Of a DNA stretch of 64,000 nucleotides, positions 47,439 through 58,532 are shown piece after piece. The notes under the pieces were generated by a model. That model was given only the letters and a program-made list of their open reading frames with translations, ran no database searches and was not told where the DNA came from. Position numbers and translations under genes: made by a program. Position 1 is the first letter of the stretch; every line of letters starts with the position of its first letter. Origin of the DNA: Deltaproteobacteria bacterium (lineage in GTDB: Bacteria; Desulfobacterota; Binatia; UBA12015); contig JAYGCM010000045.1 of assembly GCA_046583355.1 (NCBI GenBank), positions 10,867 through 74,866 on the forward strand. The letters are read 5' to 3'.

Positions 47439-48251
47439 ATGGAACCGAGTCCGCGACAGAATCCCATCCCGAAACGTGATTGGCGCCGAGCCTTCGGCAT
47501 CATCCAGACGGTCATTGACGACCCGACGAAGACCGAGGAAGTCATCGAGATCATCGACGCCCTGGGCGGGCCGAGCTTCGAGAAGACGTTTCTTCGCTTC
47601 GCCCATACTCCCGAGGGCCAGAAGCTGCTCGCCGAAAAGCCCGACCTGCTTGCCGCCCTCTCCGACCGCGAACGCCTCAGCGCCTTGCCAGCGGGCACAT
47701 TCGGTCGAGTCTATGCGGATTTCATGACCCGTGGTGGAATCACCGCCAAAGGCCTCGCCGAAGCCAGCGATGAGGCGCGGAGCCGCTTCCCTGATGCCGC
47801 GGCCTTTGATGCTCGGGACAAAGACCGCGAATGGTTCGGGCAACGCCTGCGCGACCAGCACGATCTGTGGCATGTGCTCACCGGCTACGGCATGGACGAG
47901 GCTGGAGAGGCCGCCAATTTATCCTTCTCGATAGGGCAATTCTTCAACCCAGGCATGCTTTTTCTCGTCTGCTCATCCGTCCTCGTGGTGAACCCACGGA
48001 TGAAATTGCACTGGTCTCGCTATATGTTCCAAGCCTGGCGCCGCAGCAAGGCCGTGCCGAAGAACTTCAACCTGGCGCGCTTCGAAGAACTGCTGGAACT
48101 GCCTCTCGAAGAGGTGCGCCAGCGGCTCGGAGTGCCGCCCGCCGAGCAATTCCATCCCGACGGGATCGGCGTCCTGATCCGACACACCCAAGGTGACGAC
48201 GAGATCATCTGGCGGTTCGCCGACGAACCCGCCGTCTCCGTTACGATCTGA
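47439..48251 (+). CDS. Coq4-like protein
   Basis: L..LP.GTFGR.Y..F, HDLWHVLTGY......E metal motif, LPLEEVRQRLGV. Confidence 0.85.
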   Translation: MEPSPRQNPIPKRDWRRAFGIIQTVIDDPTKTEEVIEIIDALGGPSFEKTFLRFAHTPEGQKLLAEKPDLLAALSDRERLSALPAGTFGRVYADFMTRGGITAKGLAEASDEARSRFPDAAAFDARDKDREWFGQRLRDQHDLWHVLTGYGMDEAGEAANLSFSIGQFFNPGMLFLVCSSVLVVNPRMKLHWSRYMFQAWRRSKAVPKNFNLARFEELLELPLEEVRQRLGVPPAEQFHPDGIGVLIRHTQGDDEIIWRFADEPAVSVTI

Positions 48252-48312
48252 TTTTTTCGGCCGGGCGGTAGAGGTTCTCGTGGACTTTACCGCCCGATTT
48301 CTTTTTCCCCAC

Positions 48313-48341
48313 TTGCCCAAACGACCGTTGGTTTATAAGAT
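48313..48341 (+). promoter_or_regulatory. Putative sigma70 promoter with overlapping palindrome
   Basis: TTGCCC-17 bp-TAAGAT; spacer holds AAACGACCGTTGGTTT; AAGGAG RBS before the P450. Confidence 0.5.
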
Positions 48342-48384
48342 TGGTTTCAGCCGAGGCACGGGGCGCGGCAAGGAGTAAACACAG

Positions 48385-49632
48385 ATGAGCGAATTAAGTG
48401 AAATCACGGCAGAACGAATCATTGCTGATGCCTCCTACGGCACATTGGGCTACCCGTGGCGGGAGTGGGATATCCTGCGCGCGCAATCTCCCGTGCACCC
48501 CTTTCTCGATTGGGACATCCCCTTCCATGCGGTGACACGCCACGAGGATATCACCGAAATCGGCCGCCATCCCGAGATCTGGCTCAACGGGCCACGCCTG
48601 CTCATTGCCGATATGGATGAGTCAGGTCTCGATTTCGAGCGACCGCCGACGCTGATCGAAATGGACCCGCCGGTACACGCCGAACACCGCAGGCTGATCG
48701 CGAAAAAATTCACGCCGCGCAACGTCGCCAAGCTGCATCCGGATATCGAGCGCATCTGCGCCAAAATCGTCGATGATCTGCTCGAAGAAGGCGGCCACAC
48801 GGAGGTCGATTTCGTCGAGCGCGTCTCGGCGCCCGTACCCACAGCCGTCATCGCCTGGATGCTCGGTGTTCCCGAATCCGATTGGAAGTTGATCTTTGAA
48901 TGGACCAATCAACAACTCGGCAGCAACGACCCCGAATACGCGGGCGAAGAAGATCCGCGGGAGGTCGCCTCGCGCTCCCTCGTCGAAATGTTCACCTACT
49001 TTGCGGGCCTCGTTGAAGAGCGCAAGAAAAACCCCAAGGACGACCTGATCAGCCTCTTCTGCACCGCCGAGGTCGGCGGCAAACCGTTGGAGATGATCCA
49101 GATTCTGGCGTGGTGCCAGATCATCATGATCGCCGGCAACGAAACGACCCGCAACGCCACCAGCGGCGGCCTGATCGCGATGATCGAGAACCCGGACCAG
49201 CTCCGCCTCTTCCAGGGCGACCCTGAAAAGATGATGCGCCCGATGCTCGAGGAAATTCTGCGCTTCACCAGCCCGATCATCCATTTTGCGCGGACCGCTT
49301 CCTGCGATACCGAGTTGCGCGGCAAGAAGATCCGCAAAGGGGAACATCTCGCGATCTTCTTCCCCTCGGCCAATCGTCAGGAAGATATTTTCGACAACCC
49401 CTACTCCTTCCAGATCGACCGCTACCCGAACAACCATCTGGCCTTCGGCGTGGGCGAGCATTTCTGTGCGGGCGCACATATCGCGCGCCTGGAGTTGCAG
49501 ATGATCTTCAAACACCTGCTGCCGCGCATCGAAGAGATCGAATTGGCAGCGCCTCCCTCGCGCCTGCACTCGAACCTGGTCGGCGGCATCAAACGCCTGC
49601 CGATCCGCTACAAACTTCGTAGCGCCGCCTAG
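48385..49632 (+). CDS. Cytochrome P450 (CYP125/142/108-like)
   Basis: MDPP.H...R, AGNETT, EILR (ExxR), HLAFGVGEHFCAG heme motif. Confidence 0.95.
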   Translation: MSELSEITAERIIADASYGTLGYPWREWDILRAQSPVHPFLDWDIPFHAVTRHEDITEIGRHPEIWLNGPRLLIADMDESGLDFERPPTLIEMDPPVHAEHRRLIAKKFTPRNVAKLHPDIERICAKIVDDLLEEGGHTEVDFVERVSAPVPTAVIAWMLGVPESDWKLIFEWTNQQLGSNDPEYAGEEDPREVASRSLVEMFTYFAGLVEERKKNPKDDLISLFCTAEVGGKPLEMIQILAWCQIIMIAGNETTRNATSGGLIAMIENPDQLRLFQGDPEKMMRPMLEEILRFTSPIIHFARTASCDTELRGKKIRKGEHLAIFFPSANRQEDIFDNPYSFQIDRYPNNHLAFGVGEHFCAGAHIARLELQMIFKHLLPRIEEIELAAPPSRLHSNLVGGIKRLPIRYKLRSAA

Positions 49633-49795
49633 AGGGCCGGCCGAAAAGTAGGCCTGCATCCGAGCGCCGCTTGCGGCTGCTGGTCTGCGTCACGCTCTCT
49701 CCCAATGGCTACGGCCATTGCTCGGTCGCCTTCCTTGCCAGCAGCCGCAATCGACGCTCTCTGTGCAAAGCCCTACTTCTCGGCCGGGCCTCTAG
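49629..49795 (+). mobile_element. 167-bp MITE/REPIN-like hairpin element, copy 1
   Basis: CTAG at both ends, ~25-bp imperfect TIRs, 151/167 identical to the reverse complement of 62985-63151. Confidence 0.85.
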
Positions 49796-49813
49796 AATTC
49801 GTGCGGTGGGCCT

Positions 49814-51724
49814 CTACCCGACCTCACGCGACACGCCGCCGATCAGATGAGGGACGGAATGGAGGCCCTCGTCGCGCGAGCGCAGAGCGCGGTCGAGGCG
49901 CATCGCCGTGTTGATCAGACCGAGGTGGCTGAAAGCCTGCGGGAAATTGCCCAGCAGCGCGCCATTGCTCGGGTCGATCTCTTCGGCGAGCAGGCCGAGG
50001 TGGTTCGAGGCATCGATATGCGCGGTGAAGACCTCCAGGGCCTCGTCAAGCTTGCCTTGTAGAGCGAGCGTCTCGGCCAGCCAGAAGCCGCAGAGAACGA
50101 AGGCGCCCTCGTCGCCGCCCACGCCATCATCGGCCCGGTAGCGGTGCAAATAGGGGCCGGTGCTGAGCTCGCGCTGCACGAAATCGACAGTGGACACGAT
50201 CAGCGGATGGTCCTCGGGCAGAAAGCCGTGCCCAGCCAGCAAAAGCAGCGTCGCATCGGCCCTGTCTTCGCCGTAAACCGCGACGAAATGCTTGCCCGTG
50301 GAGTCAAGCGCGTTGGCGCAGATATCGGCATGGATGGCTCCGGCTTCGCGCAACCAGGCATCCTGCAGGGGGACGTCACCGAAGGCACGCGCAATACCGG
50401 CACCACGATCGAGCGCCAGCCAGCTCATCAGCTTGGAATGCGTATTCTGGCGGGTGCCGTCGCGCGGCTCCCAAATCCCGTGGTCCGGCTCGCGCCAGAC
50501 CTGGCGCACACCTTCGACGATATGGCGCAGCTTGCGCCAGGCGCGCACGGTCAGCGTACCGCCGAAATGTTCGTAGAGATGCGCCGCATCCACCAGCGCT
50601 CCCGCCGAATCGATTTGCAATTGGTCGCGCGCACCGTTGCCGATGCGCACCGGCCCCGAGCCGCGAAAGCCGCGCAGATGCTCCAGCTCTTCTTCGGCCG
50701 GCACTCGCGACCCATCAATTGCATACATGACCTCGAGGCCACCAGTGCCATCAATCGTGTCACGGATAAAATGGAAGAAGTCACGCGCCTCGGATCGGCA
50801 ACCGACCAGATTATTGGAGCGCACTGCCAAGGCCGCGTCGCGAATCCAGGCATAGCGGTAGTCCCAGTTCCGCGCGCCACCGATCCATTCGGGCAACGAG
50901 GTTGTCGGCGCGGCGACCATTGCGCCCGTAGGGGCGTAGGTGAGCAGCTTCATCGTCAAGGCGGAACGGACCACGCTATGGCGAAAAGGGCCGTCGTAAT
51001 TGAGCTGCGAGCTCCATTGCCGCCAGCGCAGCCGGGTCGTGCGCAGAAGGTCGAAGGGCCGGTAGGCCGCCGGCGGCTCCGGCTCCGCAGCGTCCCAGGA
51101 GATGATGGTCCAGATACGCTGGCCGGCGCGCAACTTGATGCGGGCTGCCACACCTCCGTTGGAGCGATGCTTCCATTGCGTACCCCGCCCAGCCACCGCC
51201 ACGACACGCTCGCCGTTGGGACTCTCGGCGACCACACCATGCTCACCGATCTCGATCAGCGGTGCGACGCGCGCGTAATCGAAACGCGGGTCGAAGACGA
51301 TATCGAATTCGACCTCGCCCTCAAGGCATTCGATGCGGCGATGCACTTCATGAATCGACGCCCGCGGATCATCCGTCCAGGGCATCAGATCCGTGAGACG
51401 CGCCGTGCCATGACCCGGCACGGTGAAGAGTGTCTCCAGAACGTTCGTCTCCGGATCGTAGCGCTGCAGACTTTCAAAGGGCCGCTGCGCCGGAGTGATC
51501 CCCGTATGCCCACCACGATCGGAGTCGAGCAAAGAGGCAAAGAGGCTCGGGCTGTCGAAGCGCGGCCAGCAAAGCCAGTCGATCACCCCATCGACGCGTA
51601 CCAGCGCGGCCGAGAACCCGTCTCCGATAATGCCGTGCGCGGCCAGCGGCAGGCGACCGACATCGGTGTTCTCGTCGACGACGAACGGGGCCGCGAGATG
51701 CTTCGCCGTGCTGTACAGATCCAT
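49814..51724 (-). CDS. Glycoside hydrolase family 15 (trehalase/glucoamylase-like)
   Basis: IDWLCWPRFDS, AAPTTSLPE..GG.RNWDYRY.W.RD, GIWE.R, LLAEE, GNFPQAFSH. Confidence 0.93.
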   Translation of the reverse strand: MDLYSTAKHLAAPFVVDENTDVGRLPLAAHGIIGDGFSAALVRVDGVIDWLCWPRFDSPSLFASLLDSDRGGHTGITPAQRPFESLQRYDPETNVLETLFTVPGHGTARLTDLMPWTDDPRASIHEVHRRIECLEGEVEFDIVFDPRFDYARVAPLIEIGEHGVVAESPNGERVVAVAGRGTQWKHRSNGGVAARIKLRAGQRIWTIISWDAAEPEPPAAYRPFDLLRTTRLRWRQWSSQLNYDGPFRHSVVRSALTMKLLTYAPTGAMVAAPTTSLPEWIGGARNWDYRYAWIRDAALAVRSNNLVGCRSEARDFFHFIRDTIDGTGGLEVMYAIDGSRVPAEEELEHLRGFRGSGPVRIGNGARDQLQIDSAGALVDAAHLYEHFGGTLTVRAWRKLRHIVEGVRQVWREPDHGIWEPRDGTRQNTHSKLMSWLALDRGAGIARAFGDVPLQDAWLREAGAIHADICANALDSTGKHFVAVYGEDRADATLLLLAGHGFLPEDHPLIVSTVDFVQRELSTGPYLHRYRADDGVGGDEGAFVLCGFWLAETLALQGKLDEALEVFTAHIDASNHLGLLAEEIDPSNGALLGNFPQAFSHLGLINTAMRLDRALRSRDEGLHSVPHLIGGVSREVG

Positions 51725-51827
51725 CGCGGCTCAGGCTAACCCAGCAGCCCCCTCAGGTCACACGTCCCCACTCTTCGCACGGCTCGGCCTTTTGGCGGGC
51801 GAGAGGATATGATTGGAAGAAGACCAG

Positions 51828-53204
51828 ATGGCACGAATACGATCGAGTTTTGTCTGTCAACAATGCGGCTGCCAGCACCCCAAATGGGTTGGCCGCTGCA
51901 AAGATTGCGGCGAGTGGGAGAGCGTGGTCGAAGAAATGCTCGCCACGCCCTCCAAGGCCGCTGCCTCCAGGCGCACCTCGATCGCCATCGGCGCGGCGCG
52001 CAATGCCGTACCGATCTCGCTGGCCGAGATTCGACCGGAGAGCCATGCACGCATATCGTCGGGCCTCGAAGAGCTCGACCGCGTGCTGGGCGGCGGCATC
52101 GTTCCGGGGTCGGTGATCCTGCTGGGCGGCGACCCGGGCATCGGCAAATCCACCATTGGCCTGCAGATTCTCTCCGGCTTCGCGGCGGCTGGGCAGAAGA
52201 CGCTTTATGTGACCGGCGAAGAATCGCCCGAGCAGGTGAAATTGCGTGGCGACCGTCTCGGTGTCGACAAGAGAATCGTGCTTCTGCCGGAGACCTGCGT
52301 CGAAGAAATCCTGATGCACGCCGATCGCGTGGCACCAGCGATCATGCTCATCGACTCGATCCAGACCGTACATTCGCGCGAGCTCACCTCCGCACCGGGC
52401 AGCGTCGGGCAGGTAAGGGAATGCGCCGCCAGTCTGGTGACCCAGGCCAAGGCGCGCAACCGACCGACCATCCTGGTCGGCCATGTAACCAAGGACGGCA
52501 CCATTGCGGGCCCGCGCGTGCTTGAGCATGTGGTCGATACGGTGCTTTATTTCGAGGGCGATTCGGGCGGCGGCTTGCGCCTCCTGCGTGCCGTCAAGAA
52601 CCGCTTCGGTCCGACCAACGAGGTCGGGGTTTTCGAGATGGGCGAAAAAGGCCTGATCGATATCGCGAACCCCTCGGCAATGCTGCTGGCCGAGCGCCCC
52701 AAGGGGGCGTCGGGCTCATGCGTGCTGCCGGCGATCGAGGGAACCCGCCCGATTCTGGTCGAGATTCAGGCCCTTGCTTCGCATTCCTCGCTGGCGATGC
52801 CGCGGCGCACCACGCTCGGTCTCGACGGCAACCGCACTGCCGTATTGACCGCGATTGCCGATAAACGAGCCGGCCTGAAACTCTTCGAACAAGACCTCTT
52901 CGTCAGCGTTGCCGGTGGACTCAAGGTCGCCGAACCCGCAGCCGACCTCGCCATTCTGGCCGCCATCATCTCGAGTGCGCGCGACCGTGCTCTGCCCGAA
53001 GATATGGTGATCTTCGGCGAAGTCGGCCTGGCCGGCGAAGTCCGCGCCGTACGCCACGCCGAGACCCGGCTGCGCGAGGCCGCCAAGCTCGGCTTCGAGC
53101 GCGCGCTGGTCCCCAGCGCCGTGGCCCGACAGGTCAAGGCACCCGCTGGCCTGAGCCTGCACGGCATCGGCTCGGTGGCCGAACTGATGCGAACGATTAC
53201 CTGA
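51828..53204 (+). CDS. radA: DNA repair protein RadA/Sms
   Basis: C..CG....KW.G.C..C Zn finger, GDPGIGKST, DSIQT, KNRFG, GEVGL.GE.R. Confidence 0.96.
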   Translation: MARIRSSFVCQQCGCQHPKWVGRCKDCGEWESVVEEMLATPSKAAASRRTSIAIGAARNAVPISLAEIRPESHARISSGLEELDRVLGGGIVPGSVILLGGDPGIGKSTIGLQILSGFAAAGQKTLYVTGEESPEQVKLRGDRLGVDKRIVLLPETCVEEILMHADRVAPAIMLIDSIQTVHSRELTSAPGSVGQVRECAASLVTQAKARNRPTILVGHVTKDGTIAGPRVLEHVVDTVLYFEGDSGGGLRLLRAVKNRFGPTNEVGVFEMGEKGLIDIANPSAMLLAERPKGASGSCVLPAIEGTRPILVEIQALASHSSLAMPRRTTLGLDGNRTAVLTAIADKRAGLKLFEQDLFVSVAGGLKVAEPAADLAILAAIISSARDRALPEDMVIFGEVGLAGEVRAVRHAETRLREAAKLGFERALVPSAVARQVKAPAGLSLHGIGSVAELMRTIT

Positions 53205-54630
53205 GCGCGGCGGCGGTAGGGGCCGGAGAGTCGGCTACGCTGGCCGTAGCCGGCGGCGCATTTCCCGTAGCCCAATCGAGGGGGAAATTCGCCGGCAGCC
53301 GGACGGTGTCGAAGAGCTGGGCGATCAATTGGTCGTCCGGACCGGCGCGATGCGGGTTGATGAACTCCCAGACGACCTCGCCCTCCGGCGTGATCTCCAA
53401 AGCGCGTCCGGCACCGGTCTCGGATGTCAGCGTGTTGCCGTTCGGCAGACGATAAACGGTACCGCAGCAAGCCGAAAAGAATGTCTGATCCTCGGTCTGG
53501 CCGAACTCCCACAATACCTCGCCGCTCTCGGGCAGGATCTCGATCAGCCGTGAGCCGATCTTCGGGTCGCGCTTATTGTCGAACATCAAAATGCGACCAT
53601 CTTCGAGAACAGTCGGATGGTGCTGGCCGAGAAAGCTACCACGGAGCACCCAATCGACCTTGCCGGTGCGCGGGTTGAGCGTCATCAACGCATCCGTTCG
53701 CCGCGAACTCAGCAGGTAGCTCCCCGGCGCCTGGTCGGGAAGGCGCCGAGCCAACCTCGCGTCGACGATTTCCAATTGGTTCGTGTGCAGCACATCACCG
53801 ATGCGGCTGCTGAAGCTCTCAAGGTTCGCGACAATTTCATCTACAAGCTCAGTCTGGTTGCCCCTGAGCAGTCCGTCAAGAATCGAAAATCGATCCTTTT
53901 CGCTGCCCGTCGCAGCGTCCAATATTACAACCTGGTCATCCCATAAATACCGCCCGGGCTCGATCTCGGGAACGAGACGCGAGCGCGTAACCAGCACATG
54001 AATATCGCCCGCGTCATCTACCTCGAAGGCATGGTGTGGCGTCTGCGTGAAAGCCCAGAGAAGGTTGGAGTCGCGGTCGAGGCGTACCAGCGCAAGCTGC
54101 TCGAAAAGCGCGAGTAAATCGCCGTTCGGATAGACATGCGCACGCCGGATAAACCAACGCCCCGGCAGTCCGAGCTTCTTCGGACGCCCCGCAAAAAGAG
54201 GGGCTACATCGAAACTCCAACGATGGAGAACCTCGCCCTGCATATCGACAAGGTTCACCTCGGGAGCATGACCGGCGGTGTAGAGATTGAGTCCGGGGAA
54301 GGCTCGCGCGGGATCATGCCGGACCACCCCATTACGCGCAGGCGCGGCCTCGACTCCATCTAGATAGCCCAAGGCGTCCAGGCGAGCCTTTGTTTTCGGG
54401 TCGACGGCGGACTCGATTGTCTTCTGCCGCGTAGACCAGAGACCGACCCCCTCGGTGAGCAGCATCCCATAGACCGCGCCATCGTTGATCTCTCGCAGCC
54501 CGGGCACGTTCGCCACAATTTCGTCGGCGGCGACGGCTATTTTCGGTGCTTCCGTCACGCCCCGTACCGTATCCGAGCCACTCCGCTCGCAGCCGCCCGA
54601 TCCGATCACCAACAAAAGGCTGGCGATCAT
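53197..54630 (-). CDS. Arylsulfotransferase-family (ASST-like) lipoprotein
   Basis: Leader ending GGC; HHAF, DVLHTN, GQHHP, LMFDN, RLPNGNTL..E, GEVVWEF.NP; start uncertain (54630 or 54648). Confidence 0.72.
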   Translation of the reverse strand: MIASLLLVIGSGGCERSGSDTVRGVTEAPKIAVAADEIVANVPGLREINDGAVYGMLLTEGVGLWSTRQKTIESAVDPKTKARLDALGYLDGVEAAPARNGVVRHDPARAFPGLNLYTAGHAPEVNLVDMQGEVLHRWSFDVAPLFAGRPKKLGLPGRWFIRRAHVYPNGDLLALFEQLALVRLDRDSNLLWAFTQTPHHAFEVDDAGDIHVLVTRSRLVPEIEPGRYLWDDQVVILDAATGSEKDRFSILDGLLRGNQTELVDEIVANLESFSSRIGDVLHTNQLEIVDARLARRLPDQAPGSYLLSSRRTDALMTLNPRTGKVDWVLRGSFLGQHHPTVLEDGRILMFDNKRDPKIGSRLIEILPESGEVLWEFGQTEDQTFFSACCGTVYRLPNGNTLTSETGAGRALEITPEGEVVWEFINPHRAGPDDQLIAQLFDTVRLPANFPLDWATGNAPPATASVADSPAPTAAALR

Positions 54631-54644
54631 GCGAAAGGCCGAAC

Positions 54645-55427
54645 TCAAGCAGGCCCCGCCAGTGTGCGGCCGAGGAAGGCGACCAGCTTTTCGCCTAGTT
54701 CGTCAATTTGGATATCGCGAGTGATGACGTGGCCGCTGCGCTCTAGAATATGGCGCGATACGTCGCTGGAACCGACGGCTTGTGCCAGCCAGGCCGATCC
54801 GGCCACCGGGCAGGTGCCGTCGAGCGCACCGTGCAAGATCAGCAGCGGTGTACTCACCTCGCCGACCATCGCGCGGGTCTGCTCGCGTAGCTGGCCGAAG
54901 GAGCCGAACGCAGCGAAGGGGAAGGGATTCGAGCCCGGGTGCTGCTTCTGCACCTCGGGGTCCTGGGAATCGACGCCGCCTTTGGGCAGCTCGATGGCAC
55001 CCAGGCCGACGGCCGCAAATGCCCCCATCAGCCCGATCCCGAGGCGATTGAAAGTCGAGAGTTCGACGGCAGGCGCGAAGTTCGCAATTGCGTGGATGCT
55101 GTCGGCGTTCGCGCGCGCGAGTTGCAGGGTCAGCAAAGCACCCATCGAGAGGCCCGCCACCGCGACGCGGCGCCCGGCCGCGGATTCGATCGCCGCGTCG
55201 AGACCGGCCTGCGCTTCGGCCAGCCACGCGGGCCAGGCATTGTCTTCCGCGACCTGCGGAAAGCCATGCCCCGGCAGGCGCCGGCAGGAGACCTCATAGC
55301 CGGCCTCCGCAAGCAACTCGCCAACCGGGAGCAGATCCCAGGGCGAACCCGTAAAGCCGTGCACCAACACGACCACGCCACGCTCGCCGCCTTCGCCCAG
55401 GCAAAATCCCGGAACGGTCTCACTCAA
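54645..55427 (-). CDS. Carboxylesterase/monoacylglycerol lipase-like
   Basis: HGFTGSP, LPGHG, GLSMG, HG..D, SGHVIT.D. Confidence 0.88.
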   Translation of the reverse strand: MSETVPGFCLGEGGERGVVVLVHGFTGSPWDLLPVGELLAEAGYEVSCRRLPGHGFPQVAEDNAWPAWLAEAQAGLDAAIESAAGRRVAVAGLSMGALLTLQLARANADSIHAIANFAPAVELSTFNRLGIGLMGAFAAVGLGAIELPKGGVDSQDPEVQKQHPGSNPFPFAAFGSFGQLREQTRAMVGEVSTPLLILHGALDGTCPVAGSAWLAQAVGSSDVSRHILERSGHVITRDIQIDELGEKLVAFLGRTLAGPA

Positions 55428-57352
55428 AGCTGCGCACCAGCGCGGTCCAGATTGTTCTTGTAGATTTCGATGGAGGCGGCGAGACGCAACTCACGGATGT
55501 AGCGCTGGAGCACCTCGCTGCGGCGCTGGTTCGTCATCGAGGTTCGCGTCTCTTCGATTTGCGCCTCGAGATCGTCGGCATCAGGCAACTGGCGCTCGGC
55601 CAAGGCGACGACATAGGCATCGCTGCCAACCAAAAAGGTGCGCTCGGCCAGAGGCGCCTCGGCGCTCAGACCGAAGGCCACATTTTTAAGGTCGTCGGCC
55701 GCACCGATTCCGGGCACCGCGCCACCGCGGCGGGCAAAGAGCGGCGACTCATCGAGCGCGCGGCCGTCGGCCTCAGCAGCGCTTGCGAGGTCCGCAGAAC
55801 TCCGCGCGGCTTCAAGAAAAGCCGCGGCGGCCGCTTCGGCAAGCGGGCCGGCCTGCGCGCGCCGGAAATCCACCTCGACACGGCTCTCGACCGTAGCGAT
55901 TTCCGGAATCGCCGCAGGAATCTTCGCCTCGAGAATGGCGACCACAATGGTCCCGTTCACATCAATCGCGTCCGTCACGCCACCCACCGAAAGGCCGAAG
56001 AGTGCGTTCAGCAGAGGAAAGGAGCGACCGATGCCGGGAAGGGAGTCGGAACGGGCCAGCGGACCAGCCTCCTCCAGGACAAGGCCGCGTGCCTCGGCGA
56101 CCGCGGCGATGGCCGTGCCGCCCTCTATCGATGCGCGATCTTCTTCGGCCGCGGTCTTCGCCGCATCGCCGGCCGCAGCCACGCGCAACTCGCTCGTAAT
56201 CGTCTCGCGTACTTCGTCCAATTCCTGCACGCGCTCGGGACGAACCTCTTGCACCTGGATCAGGTGGAAGCCGAAGGGACTCTCGATGACTGCGCTAAGC
56301 TCGCCCGAGGCAAGCGCGAACGCCGCCTCTTCAAACGAGGCCACCATACGCCCCTTACCGAAGAAGCCTAGGTCGCCGCCCTGCACGGCCGAGCCCGGAT
56401 CGTCCGAAGCGTCCCGTGCCAGATCGGCGAAATCGGCACCAGCCTCGATTTGTTCGGCCAGGGCGACAAGCGCGGCGCGCGCGCTGGCCTTGGTCTCGTC
56501 GTCCGCATCCGGTGCAATGCGTTTCAGGATATGACGCGCCTTCACCTGATATTCTTCCGTGAAGCGGGTTTCCTTGCCGGCCTCATAACTCACGCCGATC
56601 TCTTCCTCGCTGACCGCTACCCCGTCCATGAAATCTCCGGCGCGGTAGGCAAGCAGCTGGATCGTGACCTTCTCGGGCTCGCGGTAGCGCTCGCCAGCCT
56701 CCTCGTAGAAGGCGGCCAGAGCCTCTGGCGTGACCTCGACGGCCTCCGTGAAATCCCCTGCCGGGAATCGCACGAACGCGAGCTTTACTTTTTCTTCCCG
56801 CGCCATGAACTCAAGACGAGCCTCGTCCTGGCTGACCGAGACTTCGTCGCCGATCGCACTCTGCAGGCGATCGATGACCAGATCCTCACGCAGCGACGAC
56901 TCGAATTCCGCCGGCGTCAGGCGCGAACCGCGCAAGACGCGGATATAGGCGTCTTTGTCGAAACGACCGCCGGAATAGAAGGCCGGGTTGGCCACGACGA
57001 TATCGCGCACTTCCTGGTCGCTGATATCGAAGCCCAGCGCCTGGGCCCGATTGCTCAGAAGGCGGCGCTCGATCAGGCCTTCGAGAGCCCGATCCTGCAA
57101 CCCCAATGCTTTGAGCAGGTCGTCGGTCATCTGGTCGCCAAGTTGGCGCTCATAGGCGCGACGGAGATTGAACTCCGCCCGGGCCACCGCGATTGTCTCG
57201 ATGGGCGCCCCATCGACGACGGCAGCCGTGGTCTGCGGATTTACCCCGCTGACGACGGCCTCGACCCCCCAGAATACGAAGACAAAGACGATAATCGCAA
57301 GAATACCCTTGGTCACCCAAGACTGCGCGTGCTTCCGAACGATATGGAGCAT
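55424..57352 (-). CDS. ppiD: PpiD-like periplasmic chaperone/parvulin PPIase
   Basis: N-terminal anchor II.FVFVFWG, SurA-N domain, ARHIL...F.DLA...S.DPGS...[18 protein letters not shown]. Confidence 0.88.
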   Translation of the reverse strand: MLHIVRKHAQSWVTKGILAIIVFVFVFWGVEAVVSGVNPQTTAAVVDGAPIETIAVARAEFNLRRAYERQLGDQMTDDLLKALGLQDRALEGLIERRLLSNRAQALGFDISDQEVRDIVVANPAFYSGGRFDKDAYIRVLRGSRLTPAEFESSLREDLVIDRLQSAIGDEVSVSQDEARLEFMAREEKVKLAFVRFPAGDFTEAVEVTPEALAAFYEEAGERYREPEKVTIQLLAYRAGDFMDGVAVSEEEIGVSYEAGKETRFTEEYQVKARHILKRIAPDADDETKASARAALVALAEQIEAGADFADLARDASDDPGSAVQGGDLGFFGKGRMVASFEEAAFALASGELSAVIESPFGFHLIQVQEVRPERVQELDEVRETITSELRVAAAGDAAKTAAEEDRASIEGGTAIAAVAEARGLVLEEAGPLARSDSLPGIGRSFPLLNALFGLSVGGVTDAIDVNGTIVVAILEAKIPAAIPEIATVESRVEVDFRRAQAGPLAEAAAAAFLEAARSSADLASAAEADGRALDESPLFARRGGAVPGIGAADDLKNVAFGLSAEAPLAERTFLVGSDAYVVALAERQLPDADDLEAQIEETRTSMTNQRRSEVLQRYIRELRLAASIEIYKNNLDRAGAQL

Positions 57353-57429
57353 GGCGGGACGATACGAATGCGCGACCAAGGTAGCAACTGCTGCGGTGGT
57401 TCCTTGTTGGTCCGCGGGGCATCTGATAG

Positions 57430-58524
<1,095 letters not shown>

Positions 58525-58532
58525 GCAGCTCG

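Noticed and set aside
48254..48266. TTTTCGGCCGGG as another element end
   Set aside because: Only about 12 bp and lacks the CTAC core; plausible by chance at this GC content
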